Assembly (NCBI GenBank): GCA_045647785.1 | Contig: JAZRMU010000007.1 | Coordinates: 1-50,676, forward strand | DNA: 50,676 nt | Direction: 5' to 3' | Source: Acutalibacteraceae bacterium | Lineage (GTDB): Bacteria > Bacillota > Clostridia > Oscillospirales > Acutalibacteraceae | In this document: piece by piece, positions 9,050 through 18,229 of the stretch | Layout of the letters: the number at the start of each line of letters is the position of its first letter | Position numbering within the stretch: position 1 is the stretch's first letter | Position numbers and translations under genes: made by a program | Notes under the pieces: model-generated | What the model was told of the DNA's origin: nothing | Seen by the model: the letters and a program-made list of their open reading frames with translations, nothing else | The model's database searches: none

Positions 9050-10066
9050 ATGTTAAAGGGGTGGATTATATTGACAATACGCGAGAATTATGAGCAGCTT
9101 GAAAAGAACCTGCTTTCCCCAAGAGCTATATTGAGCAGTGAGACGGTCGGCAGAAGAGTAGACGAGCCTAAATGTGATCTTCGCACCGATTTTCAACGCG
9201 ATCGCGACAGAATAATCCATTCTAAGGCTTTCCGTCGACTCAAGCATAAAACACAGGTTTTTTTGTCCCCCGAATCCGACCATTACCGTACGCGCTTAAC
9301 TCATACATTGGAGGTAGCGCAGATTTCCAGAACTGTTGCAAGAGCGCTGCGCCTTAATGAGGATTTAACCGAAGCTATCGCATTGGGGCATGATTTAGGC
9401 CATACACCGTTTGGCCACGCGGGCGAGCGAGCGCTCGACGAGATAAGCGAATATCGCTTCACCCACTATGAGCAGAGTGCTCGTGTTTGCGAATATATTG
9501 AAAAGGACGGCAAGGGACTTAACCTTACGGGTGAGGTGTTAGACGGAATTCGTTGCCACACCAAGGGCGATTGGGCTAAAACACTTGAGGGTAGGGTGGT
9601 TCGCTATTGCGACCGCATAGCCTATATAAATCACGATATTGCCGATGCCATAAGAGGTGGCGTTATAACGGGCGAGGATATTCCTAAAGAAATTTCAGAT
9701 TATTTGGGAAACACAAAAAGCGCCCGAATTAATAAAATGGTAAATTCCATTGTTAAAAACAGTGTCGATGATATTAAGATGGACGCTGAAACGCTTGAAT
9801 GCTATGAGCTTTTGCACGAGTTTTTGTTTGAAAGCGTGTATCGCAACCCCGTTGCCAAGGGCGAGGAAACCAAGGTAAAGGGCATAATTGAAGGGCTTTA
9901 TAATTATTTTTATACACATCCCGATAAGCTTAAGGGGGAATATGCCGCAATTTTGGAGCGAGATGGTGTGTCTCGCGCAGTTACCGATTATATTGCGGGA
10001 ATGACCGACCATTTTGCTGTTGAAACATTTAAGAATATATATATTCCGCGTTCTTGGGATATTTAA
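9050..10066 (+). CDS. dGTP triphosphohydrolase-like HD-domain protein
   Basis: RDRDRIIHSKAFRRLKHKTQVF, THTLEVAQISR and GHDLGHTPFGHAGE motifs. The TTG at 9071, behind AAAGGGGTGG, is an equally plausible start. Confidence 0.85.
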   Translation: MLKGWIILTIRENYEQLEKNLLSPRAILSSETVGRRVDEPKCDLRTDFQRDRDRIIHSKAFRRLKHKTQVFLSPESDHYRTRLTHTLEVAQISRTVARALRLNEDLTEAIALGHDLGHTPFGHAGERALDEISEYRFTHYEQSARVCEYIEKDGKGLNLTGEVLDGIRCHTKGDWAKTLEGRVVRYCDRIAYINHDIADAIRGGVITGEDIPKEISDYLGNTKSARINKMVNSIVKNSVDDIKMDAETLECYELLHEFLFESVYRNPVAKGEETKVKGIIEGLYNYFYTHPDKLKGEYAAILERDGVSRAVTDYIAGMTDHFAVETFKNIYIPRSWDI

Positions 10067-10086
10067 TTTGAAAGGAGGGGAATAAT

Positions 10087-11856
10087 TTGCCCGCAATACC
10101 GGAAGACATTATTTTAGACATAAAATATAAAAACGATATCGAAACAGTTATTTCCCCCTATATTCAACTTAAACGGGCGGGTAAAAACCTAAAGGGACTT
10201 TGCCCGTTCCACAATGAAAAAACACCGTCATTCACCGTTTATCCCGAAAACGGGTCGTTTTACTGCTTCGGCTGTGGCGTTGGCGGAGATGTTTTTACCT
10301 TTACAAAGCTTATTGAAAATCTTGATTATATCGAGGCAGTAAAGCTGCTTGCCGAGCGCTCGGGAATCACTATTCCAGAGGATAATTACGATAATTCGAT
10401 AGCGAATCTTAAAAAACGCATATATGAAATTAATAAAGAAACAGCGCGTTTTTTTCACAACCATCTTAAAACGCCGGATGGCAGATGGGCGCTTGACTAT
10501 CTTGTGGGCAGAGGACTTACTGTAGATACAATAAAGCATTTCGGTCTTGGCTGCGCACCCAATAAGTGGGACGAGCTGTTGCGCCACCTTAAAGCCAAGG
10601 GCTATAAGGAATGGGAGCTTGAGCAGGCAAATGTAATTTCAAAATCTAGCAAATCGGGCAAGTATTTCGACCGATTCAGAAACCGAGTTATGTTCCCCGT
10701 AATTGATTTAAGGGGGAATGTTATAGCCTTTAGCGGCAGAGCAAATCCCGCCGAGAGCGATGCAGCAAAATACATAAATTCGTCCGATACACCCGTTTAC
10801 AAAAAGAGCCATAATCTTTTTGGAATAAACTTTGCCAAAACAGCGTGTGCCGATAGAATTATATTGGTAGAAGGCAATATGGATGTTGTATCACTTCATC
10901 AAGCGGGCTTCGAGAATACAGTAGCGCCGCTCGGTACAGCTTTTACCGAGGAGCAAGCAAGGCTGCTTTCTCGCTACACAAAGGAAATTGTGGTAACACT
11001 CGATGCCGATGCTGCAGGTCAAAAAGCTGTTATGAGAGCACTTGAAACTATGAAGGATTTAGGTCTTCCTATCAGGGTGCTGGTTTTGCCTGAATGCAAA
11101 GACCCTGATGAATATATCAAGAAAAACGGTGCTCCAAGATTTAAGCTGCTGCTTGAAGGTGCAGTCAGCGAAATCGATTATAGATTACTTCGCGCGGCCG
11201 ACGGTATAAACCTAACCGAGCAAAATGCAACTGCAACCTATCTTAAAAAAGCTGCCGAAATATTAGCGTCAACCGATAATATAACGGCGGATTTATATGC
11301 GGGCAGGCTGGCGGATAAATATGGCGTTTCTAAATCAACACTTATAACCGAAATTGAAAAAATTAAGAAAATGAATGCAAGCAGTGCCAGAAAGAAAGAA
11401 TTCCGAGAGGTAACCCAGCTGCCACCTCGCAATAAGGAGCTAAATCCCGAGCGACGCGACCATATTAAGGCAGAGGCAGCCGAAAGAAGTATTCTTGCAG
11501 TGCTGCTGCAGCACCCGGATCTGTTCGGTAAAATTAAGTTAAAATTAAAGCCTGAAAATATGGTAACAACACTTAATCGTGAAATTTTCACCGCTTTATA
11601 CGATTTGCTTGATAGCGGCGGAGCGGTTGATATTTCGCTTTTTGGAAACAGTTTTTCACCCGAGCAGCTTGGTTATATTGTATCTCTTCAAAATGGTATA
11701 AATGTGGGCGATAATGCCGAGCAGGTTATAAATGACTGCGTTGAGGTTATATTAAATGAGAGTATGCAAAAAACTGTAGCGCGGGATGAGGAATTATCTA
11801 TAGAGGATTGGACTAATAAAATTAAAAACATTGCAAACAAGAAAAAGGGAGAATAG
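10087..11856 (+). CDS. dnaG: DNA primase
   Basis: TTG start behind AAGGAGGGG. Zinc-ribbon motif CPFHNEKTPSF...CFGCG, and a TOPRIM region (LVEGNMDV, TLDADAAG). Confidence 0.95.
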   Translation: MPAIPEDIILDIKYKNDIETVISPYIQLKRAGKNLKGLCPFHNEKTPSFTVYPENGSFYCFGCGVGGDVFTFTKLIENLDYIEAVKLLAERSGITIPEDNYDNSIANLKKRIYEINKETARFFHNHLKTPDGRWALDYLVGRGLTVDTIKHFGLGCAPNKWDELLRHLKAKGYKEWELEQANVISKSSKSGKYFDRFRNRVMFPVIDLRGNVIAFSGRANPAESDAAKYINSSDTPVYKKSHNLFGINFAKTACADRIILVEGNMDVVSLHQAGFENTVAPLGTAFTEEQARLLSRYTKEIVVTLDADAAGQKAVMRALETMKDLGLPIRVLVLPECKDPDEYIKKNGAPRFKLLLEGAVSEIDYRLLRAADGINLTEQNATATYLKKAAEILASTDNITADLYAGRLADKYGVSKSTLITEIEKIKKMNASSARKKEFREVTQLPPRNKELNPERRDHIKAEAAERSILAVLLQHPDLFGKIKLKLKPENMVTTLNREIFTALYDLLDSGGAVDISLFGNSFSPEQLGYIVSLQNGINVGDNAEQVINDCVEVILNESMQKTVARDEELSIEDWTNKIKNIANKKKGE

Positions 11857-11859
11857 GGA

Positions 11860-12909
11860 ATGAAAAAGGAAATTAACGAAATGGAAAATTACAATATTGA
11901 TGCAACTATTGACGAGGAAAAAGACAGCCCCTCTATCGATGAGCTTGAGAATGCCCCCGAGGATTTAGAGGAGCTATTTATTGAGCCTACTGTGCTCGAT
12001 TTCGACGAAGAGCCGAGCGAGGATGACCTGAAGCTTGAAGAAATAGACATTGAAAATCTTGAAGATGACCTCAATGTAGATGCAATGTCTTTGGATGATC
12101 CCGTTAAGGTTTATCTGCGCGAGATTGGTAGAGTTCCGCTTTTATCCTCTAATGAGGAGATTGAGCTTGCTGTTAAAATTGCTGATGGCGATGAGTTAGC
12201 TAAAAAGCGCCTTACCGAGGCAAACCTTCGATTGGTTGTTAGTATTGCCAAAAAGTATGTTGGCAGAGGTATGTATTTCCTTGACCTCATTCAAGAGGGT
12301 AATGTTGGTCTTATTAAAGCCGTTGATAAATTTGATTATACCAAGGGCTTTAAATTCTCAACATACGCTACTTGGTGGATCCGTCAGGCTATCACACGTG
12401 CTATTGCCGATCAGGCAAGAACTATTCGAATCCCTGTGCATATGGTAGAAACAATTAACCGTCTTAAGAAAATTCAGACACAGCTGCTTCACGAAAATGG
12501 TTTTGAACCAAGCGAGGAGCTGATTGCTGAAAAAATGAATCTTCCTGTTGACCGCGTAAGAGAAATTATGCGCGTAGCACAGGAGCCCGTTTCCATGGAA
12601 ACTCCTATCGGTCCCGAGGAGGATAGCCGTTTAATGGACTTCATAAGCGACGAGGACGCGTTGGCTCCCGATGATGCAGCACTTAAAACCATAACAAACG
12701 AGGATATTAACGGTGTACTTAAAACCCTTACCGCACGCGAGGAGGCAGTTATTAGATTGCGTTTCGGTCTTATGGACGGCCGCTGCCATACCCTCGAGGA
12801 GGTTGGCACCGAGTTTAATGTAACACGCGAGCGAATCCGTCAGATTGAGGCAAAAGCGCTTCGCAAATTGCGACACCCTGTAAGAAGTAATAAATTTAAG
12901 GATAGATAA
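11860..12909 (+). CDS. rpoD: RNA polymerase primary sigma factor
   Basis: Acidic N-terminus. Region 2 reads [32 protein letters not shown], and region 4 reads [28 protein letters not shown]. Confidence 0.95.
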   Translation: MKKEINEMENYNIDATIDEEKDSPSIDELENAPEDLEELFIEPTVLDFDEEPSEDDLKLEEIDIENLEDDLNVDAMSLDDPVKVYLREIGRVPLLSSNEEIELAVKIADGDELAKKRLTEANLRLVVSIAKKYVGRGMYFLDLIQEGNVGLIKAVDKFDYTKGFKFSTYATWWIRQAITRAIADQARTIRIPVHMVETINRLKKIQTQLLHENGFEPSEELIAEKMNLPVDRVREIMRVAQEPVSMETPIGPEEDSRLMDFISDEDALAPDDAALKTITNEDINGVLKTLTAREEAVIRLRFGLMDGRCHTLEEVGTEFNVTRERIRQIEAKALRKLRHPVRSNKFKDR

Positions 12910-12912
12910 GAA

Positions 12913-13305
12913 ATGATTATTAACAGCGAAACCGATTATGCAATAAGAATAGTTTCCTGCCTGGCCGATTGTGCGAACAAGCTGGACGCGGGAACTATAG
13001 CCGAGCGTACAGGAGTTACGCAGCGCTATGCACTTAAAATATTGCGTAAGCTTTCGGTAGGCGGGATTGTTAAATCATATAAGGGCGCTAAAGGCGGCTA
13101 TGCATTATCACGCAAGGCGGAGGAAATAACACTTTTAGAGGTTATTGAGCTTATTTGCGGTACGATTAATTTCAGCCGTTGCCAGTGCGAGCAAAGTGTA
13201 TGCACCCATCCGCAGGGCGAGTGCCTTTTTAAAGAAACCTTTAACGGTGTTACTGAATTTATGCGCAAGGAATTTAAGAGCGCAACCTTCGGCAGAAAGG
13301 AATAA
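12913..13305 (+). CDS. Rrf2 family transcriptional regulator (Cys-rich C-terminal half)
   Basis: Typical N-terminus (SETDYAIRIVSCLA, wHTH) and KGAKGGYALSRKAEEITLLEVIE. The cysteines occur as C-x-C-x4-C-x6-C. Only 3 nt separate it from the rpoD stop. Confidence 0.85.
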   Translation: MIINSETDYAIRIVSCLADCANKLDAGTIAERTGVTQRYALKILRKLSVGGIVKSYKGAKGGYALSRKAEEITLLEVIELICGTINFSRCQCEQSVCTHPQGECLFKETFNGVTEFMRKEFKSATFGRKE

Positions 13306-13310
13306 TAGAT

Positions 13311-13574
13311 ATGGAATTTACATATAAAACAAAGGGAGTGTGTTCCCAGCTAATAAAGATTGATGTTTCTGATGAAGGCACTGTTAATTCTGTATCCTTC
13401 GTTGGCGGCTGCAATGGTAATTTAAAAGGAATTTCAGAATTAGTTAAGGGAATGAAAGTGGAAGAGGTTGTTGAAAGGCTGCAGGATATTAAATGCGGTT
13501 TTAAGCCTACCTCTTGTCCCGCACAGTTAGCGGAGGCGCTGAAACTTTATAATAAAGGTGAAGAAAATGTTTGA
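13311..13574 (+). CDS. TSCPD-domain small protein (TIGR03905-like)
   Basis: YKTKGVCSQLIKIDVSDEGTVNSVSFVGGCNGNLKGISELVKGM...IKCGFKPTSCPAQLAEAL matches my memory of the TIGR03905 family. Confidence 0.7.
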   Translation: MEFTYKTKGVCSQLIKIDVSDEGTVNSVSFVGGCNGNLKGISELVKGMKVEEVVERLQDIKCGFKPTSCPAQLAEALKLYNKGEENV

Positions 13575-14103
13575 TGACAGCGATATGAAAATTGTTGGCT
13601 CGAAGCCGACAGAGAGTGTTAAAAATAATATGGCTTCTGCTGCGGACAGCCTTACTGCTGAAGAGGTCGAGTCTGCAAAGCAGCTCGGTCTTATAATCGC
13701 GGAAAAGTTTTTAAGCGAGTCTGATGCAATATCAGCTGCGGACAGCGAAGACAGCCAGATGGTGCTTCAGAGGAAACTGCTGTTATCCTTCACTATTTCG
13801 GTATCGCTCGATGAATATTGTAGGAATGACAGCATTTCGGGTATTGCCGAAAAAAGCTTTCTCGATAAAATTAAAAGCATTTCACAGGAGCTTTATCTAT
13901 CCTGCTGTGATACAGGCGCGTTTTCGTTCTACTATCTTGCTTATCGCAGAAACGATGATGTTGAGCGCCGCATAGGTCAGACCTTTGCTATGCTCTGCTC
14001 GCACGACGGAGACCCGATTTTCCAAGAACTCGGCGAGACTCTTTTCTGTTGGTTCTCATCGGTAGTAAAATCCTCTGCTGAAAAGCTTAACTTACAAAAA
14101 TAG
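13567..14103 (+). CDS. hypothetical protein (178 aa)
   Basis: The ATG at 13567 overlaps the upstream stop (ATGTTTGA) behind AAAGGTGAAG. No family recognised. Confidence 0.5.
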   Translation: MFDDSDMKIVGSKPTESVKNNMASAADSLTAEEVESAKQLGLIIAEKFLSESDAISAADSEDSQMVLQRKLLLSFTISVSLDEYCRNDSISGIAEKSFLDKIKSISQELYLSCCDTGAFSFYYLAYRRNDDVERRIGQTFAMLCSHDGDPIFQELGETLFCWFSSVVKSSAEKLNLQK

Positions 14104-14107
14104 AAAT

Positions 14108-14152
14108 AAATCCCTCCTAAAACTCATAGAGTAGTTTTAAGGGGGATTTTTT
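14108..14152 (+). terminator. rho-independent terminator whose 3' arm holds the SD of the amidase gene
   Basis: AAATCCCTCCTAAAACT pairs with AGTTTTAAGGGGGATTT, and a T-run runs into the ATG at 14153. Confidence 0.65.
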
Positions 14153-14887
14153 ATGCCAAGAATTTATTTAAGCCCATCAACACAGGAGTTTAATCCGTAT
14201 GTCGGATTTGGCAATGAGGAATATTATATGAACCTTATTGCCGATGCAATGATACCATACCTCAATTCAACAGGAATTGAATACACAAGAAACACACCCG
14301 ATATGAATGCAGCAAGCTCTATTGCCGCCTCCAATGCGGGGAACTACGATTTGCATCTTGCGCTGCATTCTAATGCCTCTCCACCTTCAAGCGTAGGGGC
14401 GAATAGGGGCAGTGAGGTGTATTACTACCCAAGCAGTGTGCAGGGTAGGCGAGCTGCCGAAATAATAGCCAATAACCTAAAGCTTATCTATCCGCTCCCC
14501 GATAGGGTTAAAACTGTGCCCACTACAACTCTCGGTGAGGTGCGCAGAACACGAGCACCCGGTGTGCTTATTGAATTTGCTTATCACGATAATGCTGATG
14601 ACGCCGAATGGATAAGAAATAACATAACTAATATAGCCGAAAATGTGGTGCTATCCTTGGCTGATTTTTTTGGCATACCATTTATAACGCCTCAACCAAT
14701 ATATACAACAGCTGTGCGAACAATGGGCGGAGTGCTCAATCTACGCGATGGACCGGGGCTAGGTGCTAATATTATAACAACTATTCCAAACGGCTCGGTC
14801 GTAACGGTGTATGCCGATTACGGAGATTGGCGACTTGTTAAATTTGGTGAATATACAGGCTATGTCAGCAGCGAGTATCTGGCATAA
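14153..14887 (+). CDS. N-acetylmuramoyl-L-alanine amidase (Amidase_3) with C-terminal SH3b-like domain, no signal peptide
   Basis: HLALHSNA, GSEVYYY and IEFAYHDN are Zn-ligand contexts. The C-terminal region LNLRDGPGLGANIITTIPNGSVVTVY..DWRLVKFGEYTGYVSSEYL is SH3-like. Confidence 0.85.
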   Translation: MPRIYLSPSTQEFNPYVGFGNEEYYMNLIADAMIPYLNSTGIEYTRNTPDMNAASSIAASNAGNYDLHLALHSNASPPSSVGANRGSEVYYYPSSVQGRRAAEIIANNLKLIYPLPDRVKTVPTTTLGEVRRTRAPGVLIEFAYHDNADDAEWIRNNITNIAENVVLSLADFFGIPFITPQPIYTTAVRTMGGVLNLRDGPGLGANIITTIPNGSVVTVYADYGDWRLVKFGEYTGYVSSEYLA

Positions 14888-14890
14888 ATT

Positions 14891-14926
14891 AATCCCCGCA
14901 AATGAGCTTTGCGGGGATTTTTTTAT
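14891..14926. terminator. bidirectional terminator between convergent genes
   Basis: AATCCCCGCAAA pairs with TTTGCGGGGATT, followed by TTTTTT. Confidence 0.8.
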
Positions 14927-15906
14927 CCTTTTAAGAAATGGAATAGATTAATAAAATTATCGGTAACCGAAATACCGCTTGAGAGGGGTAGATATATAAA
15001 GCTGTAAACAATAAATGCAAGTAAAACTAACAAAATAGAGGAAAGAATAAGCGTTACGATATTAAATCTTTTAGCAATGCTGACATCGTGGGCTTTGTCG
15101 TAAGCATCATCTATTTCCTCAATATTTGAGTCATCGGTTTCCTTTAAATCTAGATCTTCTGCAGCAACAATATTTTCGATTTTATACGGGTCATAGGCTT
15201 CATCCTCCACCGTGTTCGCTTCATCGGATGAACTCATAATGTCCTCGAACTGGAGTGAAATATCCTCCGCTTCATTTTCTGCATCCGCCGCCGTATTTAT
15301 TTCGGCTTCAACTTCCGCATCAGCTTCGGCTACATCTAAAGTCGGCATCGCATCGCTTTCGATTGTTGCATTATCGGGAATAGGCGATTCGGTTATTTCC
15401 TCGGCTGTATCAACAACCTCCTCCGCTACTGTTTCGGGCACGAACTGATAATGGCTTAAATCGGTAATGTAAGAGTTAACAAGGCTTTGCATAATTTCTT
15501 TTCTTGCCTTTTTATCCTCAGTTAAAAATATCATCGACTGCGGACCGCTTTCTATAATGCAGCCACCAAATGTGCCGTCAGATGAAATAAGCGGTACGGA
15601 ATTTTTAATAATGTAAATAGGCTCTGTAGCCTTAACATCGTAGAAGCTTGTATCAAGCCTTTCACAGCTGTATCCAATAGCCTTTGAAATAATACTAATG
15701 GCGTTGTTTTCGCCTGTTATATCGCCTAGAATAAATATAACACGGCTTCTTGAAATACCTTTTTGCAGCGCTCGCAGAAGGCCGGCGGTATCAGTGGCGG
15801 TTTCCTTTAGAAGCCTCATTTGACAGCAGCCGCAGAGATTGAATTCGAATTCAAAATCGCTGGGCATACCATAATAAATAATTTCTGTTTTAATGCTTTG
15901 TACCAT
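14923..15906 (-). CDS. tail-anchored acidic protein with degenerate CinA N-terminal-like domain
   Basis: The GAGGT SD abuts the ATG at 15912, so the ATG at 15906 is preferred. The N-terminal ~150 aa resemble the N-terminus of the upstream 766-aa protein. They are followed by ~125 aa rich in D and E, one TM segment (FNIVTLILSSILLVLLAFIVYSFIY) and a ~20-aa tail. Confidence 0.6.
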   Translation of the reverse strand: MVQSIKTEIIYYGMPSDFEFEFNLCGCCQMRLLKETATDTAGLLRALQKGISRSRVIFILGDITGENNAISIISKAIGYSCERLDTSFYDVKATEPIYIIKNSVPLISSDGTFGGCIIESGPQSMIFLTEDKKARKEIMQSLVNSYITDLSHYQFVPETVAEEVVDTAEEITESPIPDNATIESDAMPTLDVAEADAEVEAEINTAADAENEAEDISLQFEDIMSSSDEANTVEDEAYDPYKIENIVAAEDLDLKETDDSNIEEIDDAYDKAHDVSIAKRFNIVTLILSSILLVLLAFIVYSFIYLPLSSGISVTDNFINLFHFLKG

Positions 15907-15924
15907 ATCCATACCTCATAAAAA

Positions 15925-18225
15925 TCAGTTAGCCGTGTTTTGGCTTATATAATAAACATAAGGGTTTTCAAGTTTATGCAATTGATACCAAATTGCGGGG
16001 AATTTCGGTGCGGTATTAACAGAGAAGGTGTAGGGCGATGCCGCATCGGTTTCAAGCTTTCTTGCAATAACAACAAGCTTTGAGGAAGAAAAATCATCGG
16101 TATCGGTAACTAAAGTCAGCAATGAATTATGTGAGCCAACCGAAATGGTGCAGTCGTAAATACTGCGAACTTTAGCCTCGCTTATCCATAAATTAAACTC
16201 AATCTCAGTTTCGAATTCGGATTTAGTGAAATCGAAATAGTTGCCACTGGTGTCATGTGCGGGATTATCGGTTGCTATCATTACAGAAAACACTTGATAA
16301 TAGCTTATATCATAGGGGGTAGCAAAGGTTATAATTTGAGCCTCGCTAGCGAAATTATGGTTTTTGTATTTAATAAGATCCGCAAACAGCGAGCCGTCAT
16401 TTGCATTATTACCGTAAATCACGACATTTTTGGGCAGAGCCTTGGTGTCGGTTGGGAACGCATAATAAAGGCTTCCATAATCGATTTGTGCACCCTTGTG
16501 ATTATGGGTGCTGTAAAAATCGTTTTCTGTGTAGCTGCAAACAGGGTTGTTGATGTTGCTGTTTGGGACGCTAATCCAACCGTCGATTTGCTCATTGGTT
16601 TTTTGAATGTTTTTAAAATCCACGAGCATTCCGTCGGTATCCTTAATTTCAACACCGGACCATAACGGTCTTATTTCCTCTATGGCCTTGCGGTTGTTGG
16701 TGATTTGAACAAAAACATTCACCGACATTATTGAAACCAAAGCCATAGCCGATACCAGAATCAAAACGCCGATTTTATAGAAGTATTCTAAAACAAAGCC
16801 TTTGATATCAGTTGTAGTAAACATTCTATCGCGAAGATTTTTAAAATATGACTTGATATCGGGAATTTCGAATTTAGGCTTTGCTCTATGCTCCTTAATA
16901 ACCTTCTTGCGAAGCTCTTCAAGCGGTGTGCTTGAGGTGCCAAAGCTGCCAAAGGCATTGAAATCGAAGTCCTCGGCAGGCTCGGTAGTGTCTATTTCCT
17001 CGGCAGCCTTTTCTTGCTTTAAATATTCGCCAAGGTCTTCCTTCATAAACAAAAGGCTTGAGTTTATGAAATGAGGCTGCTCGTATAGAACCTTCAAGGT
17101 GTTGATGTCGGTCGAGCCATCGGGTAATACGCGCGGATAGCATTCAGCGTAGCGGCGAATCAGATCAAATGCAGCAAAGCAGGCGGCATCCCGCACCTCG
17201 CTTCTAGTCGATATGGGAGATAGCTTGAGCCCCCGCACCCAGAAGTGCTCACCTGCACAAAGTGCTATAAAAACTGTGCCAACCGGATGACCCTCGCTAG
17301 AGCTGGGACCAGCAACGCCCGTTATACCAATTCCTATATCGGCGCTGCCAAGCCGTTTAGCACCGAGCGCCATATAAGCGGCGGTTTGACGGCTTATAGC
17401 GCCGTAATTTTCTAATATTTCCTTCGGCACGGAAAGAGCGTGCCGTTTAATTCGGTTTGAATACGACGCGATTCCTATTTCAAATATGCTTGAGGAGTTT
17501 GGCACGGCAGTTATCATTTTGGAAATCTGACCGCCCGTGCAGGACTCGGCAGTTGCAATTTTGAGGCTTTTGTTAATAAGCAGGTTAACTGCAGCTTGCT
17601 CAATATGAGGTGTGTCGGTAGAGAAAACATCATCTCCCAAAAGCAACGCGATTTTTTCTGTTGCGCTATCAAGTGCCTCTTGTGCTTTTTCCTCGGTATT
17701 ACCAAATGCAGTAATGCTGATTTCGGTGAAAAGCTTGTGGCATTTAACGATAACTGTGGGGTTTTCTGTGTTTTCAAATTCGGAAATTGTCTGTTTGATG
17801 TTTTGCTCATCGGTAGATGCCACATAGACAGTTTTGCTAATAAAATGCTCAAAGCCGTAATTGATGTTTATAGGGCTGAAATTCTGCTCTATAAATATGC
17901 GGGCAGCATTTGTGCTTTTAGGCAACACAGCTATTGTTGTAGCTTTCGGCTTTGCAACACAGCCCATAAATTCACCGTCGGGCGAAAAAATCTCCTCGTT
18001 TGAAAAATATCTATCGCAAAGGGCGGTAAATTCGTCAGAATCCGAAAACTCGCCGCTAATTATTAAGTGGTCATATTTCCAAAGCTCGCGCTTAACAGAT
18101 TTCAGCAGTTCCTCTGGCAAAACCGAACGTACCGTTAAATCCCCTGATAAGGAATTTAACAGCAGAGATAAAATTTCGGTATTAGAGTTAGCAGATAAAC
18201 TGTTTGTTATAAAAACGCTTTTCAA
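15925..18225 (-). CDS. CinA-like (PncC-type) domain / TM helix / sortase-B-like domain fusion protein; sortase triad substituted
   Basis: TTG start 7 nt after AGGAG. The CinA C-terminal-domain motifs are ATAESCTGGQISKMITAV and GITGVAGPSSSEGHPVGTVFIAL. A TM helix follows (YKIGVLILVSAMALVSIMSV). The sortase-B motif order is present but reads IYGNNAN and LTLVTD in place of YGH and TLxTC. Confidence 0.75.
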   Translation of the reverse strand: MKSVFITNSLSANSNTEILSLLLNSLSGDLTVRSVLPEELLKSVKRELWKYDHLIISGEFSDSDEFTALCDRYFSNEEIFSPDGEFMGCVAKPKATTIAVLPKSTNAARIFIEQNFSPININYGFEHFISKTVYVASTDEQNIKQTISEFENTENPTVIVKCHKLFTEISITAFGNTEEKAQEALDSATEKIALLLGDDVFSTDTPHIEQAAVNLLINKSLKIATAESCTGGQISKMITAVPNSSSIFEIGIASYSNRIKRHALSVPKEILENYGAISRQTAAYMALGAKRLGSADIGIGITGVAGPSSSEGHPVGTVFIALCAGEHFWVRGLKLSPISTRSEVRDAACFAAFDLIRRYAECYPRVLPDGSTDINTLKVLYEQPHFINSSLLFMKEDLGEYLKQEKAAEEIDTTEPAEDFDFNAFGSFGTSSTPLEELRKKVIKEHRAKPKFEIPDIKSYFKNLRDRMFTTTDIKGFVLEYFYKIGVLILVSAMALVSIMSVNVFVQITNNRKAIEEIRPLWSGVEIKDTDGMLVDFKNIQKTNEQIDGWISVPNSNINNPVCSYTENDFYSTHNHKGAQIDYGSLYYAFPTDTKALPKNVVIYGNNANDGSLFADLIKYKNHNFASEAQIITFATPYDISYYQVFSVMIATDNPAHDTSGNYFDFTKSEFETEIEFNLWISEAKVRSIYDCTISVGSHNSLLTLVTDTDDFSSSKLVVIARKLETDAASPYTFSVNTAPKFPAIWYQLHKLENPYVYYISQNTAN

Positions 18226-18229
18226 AAAA

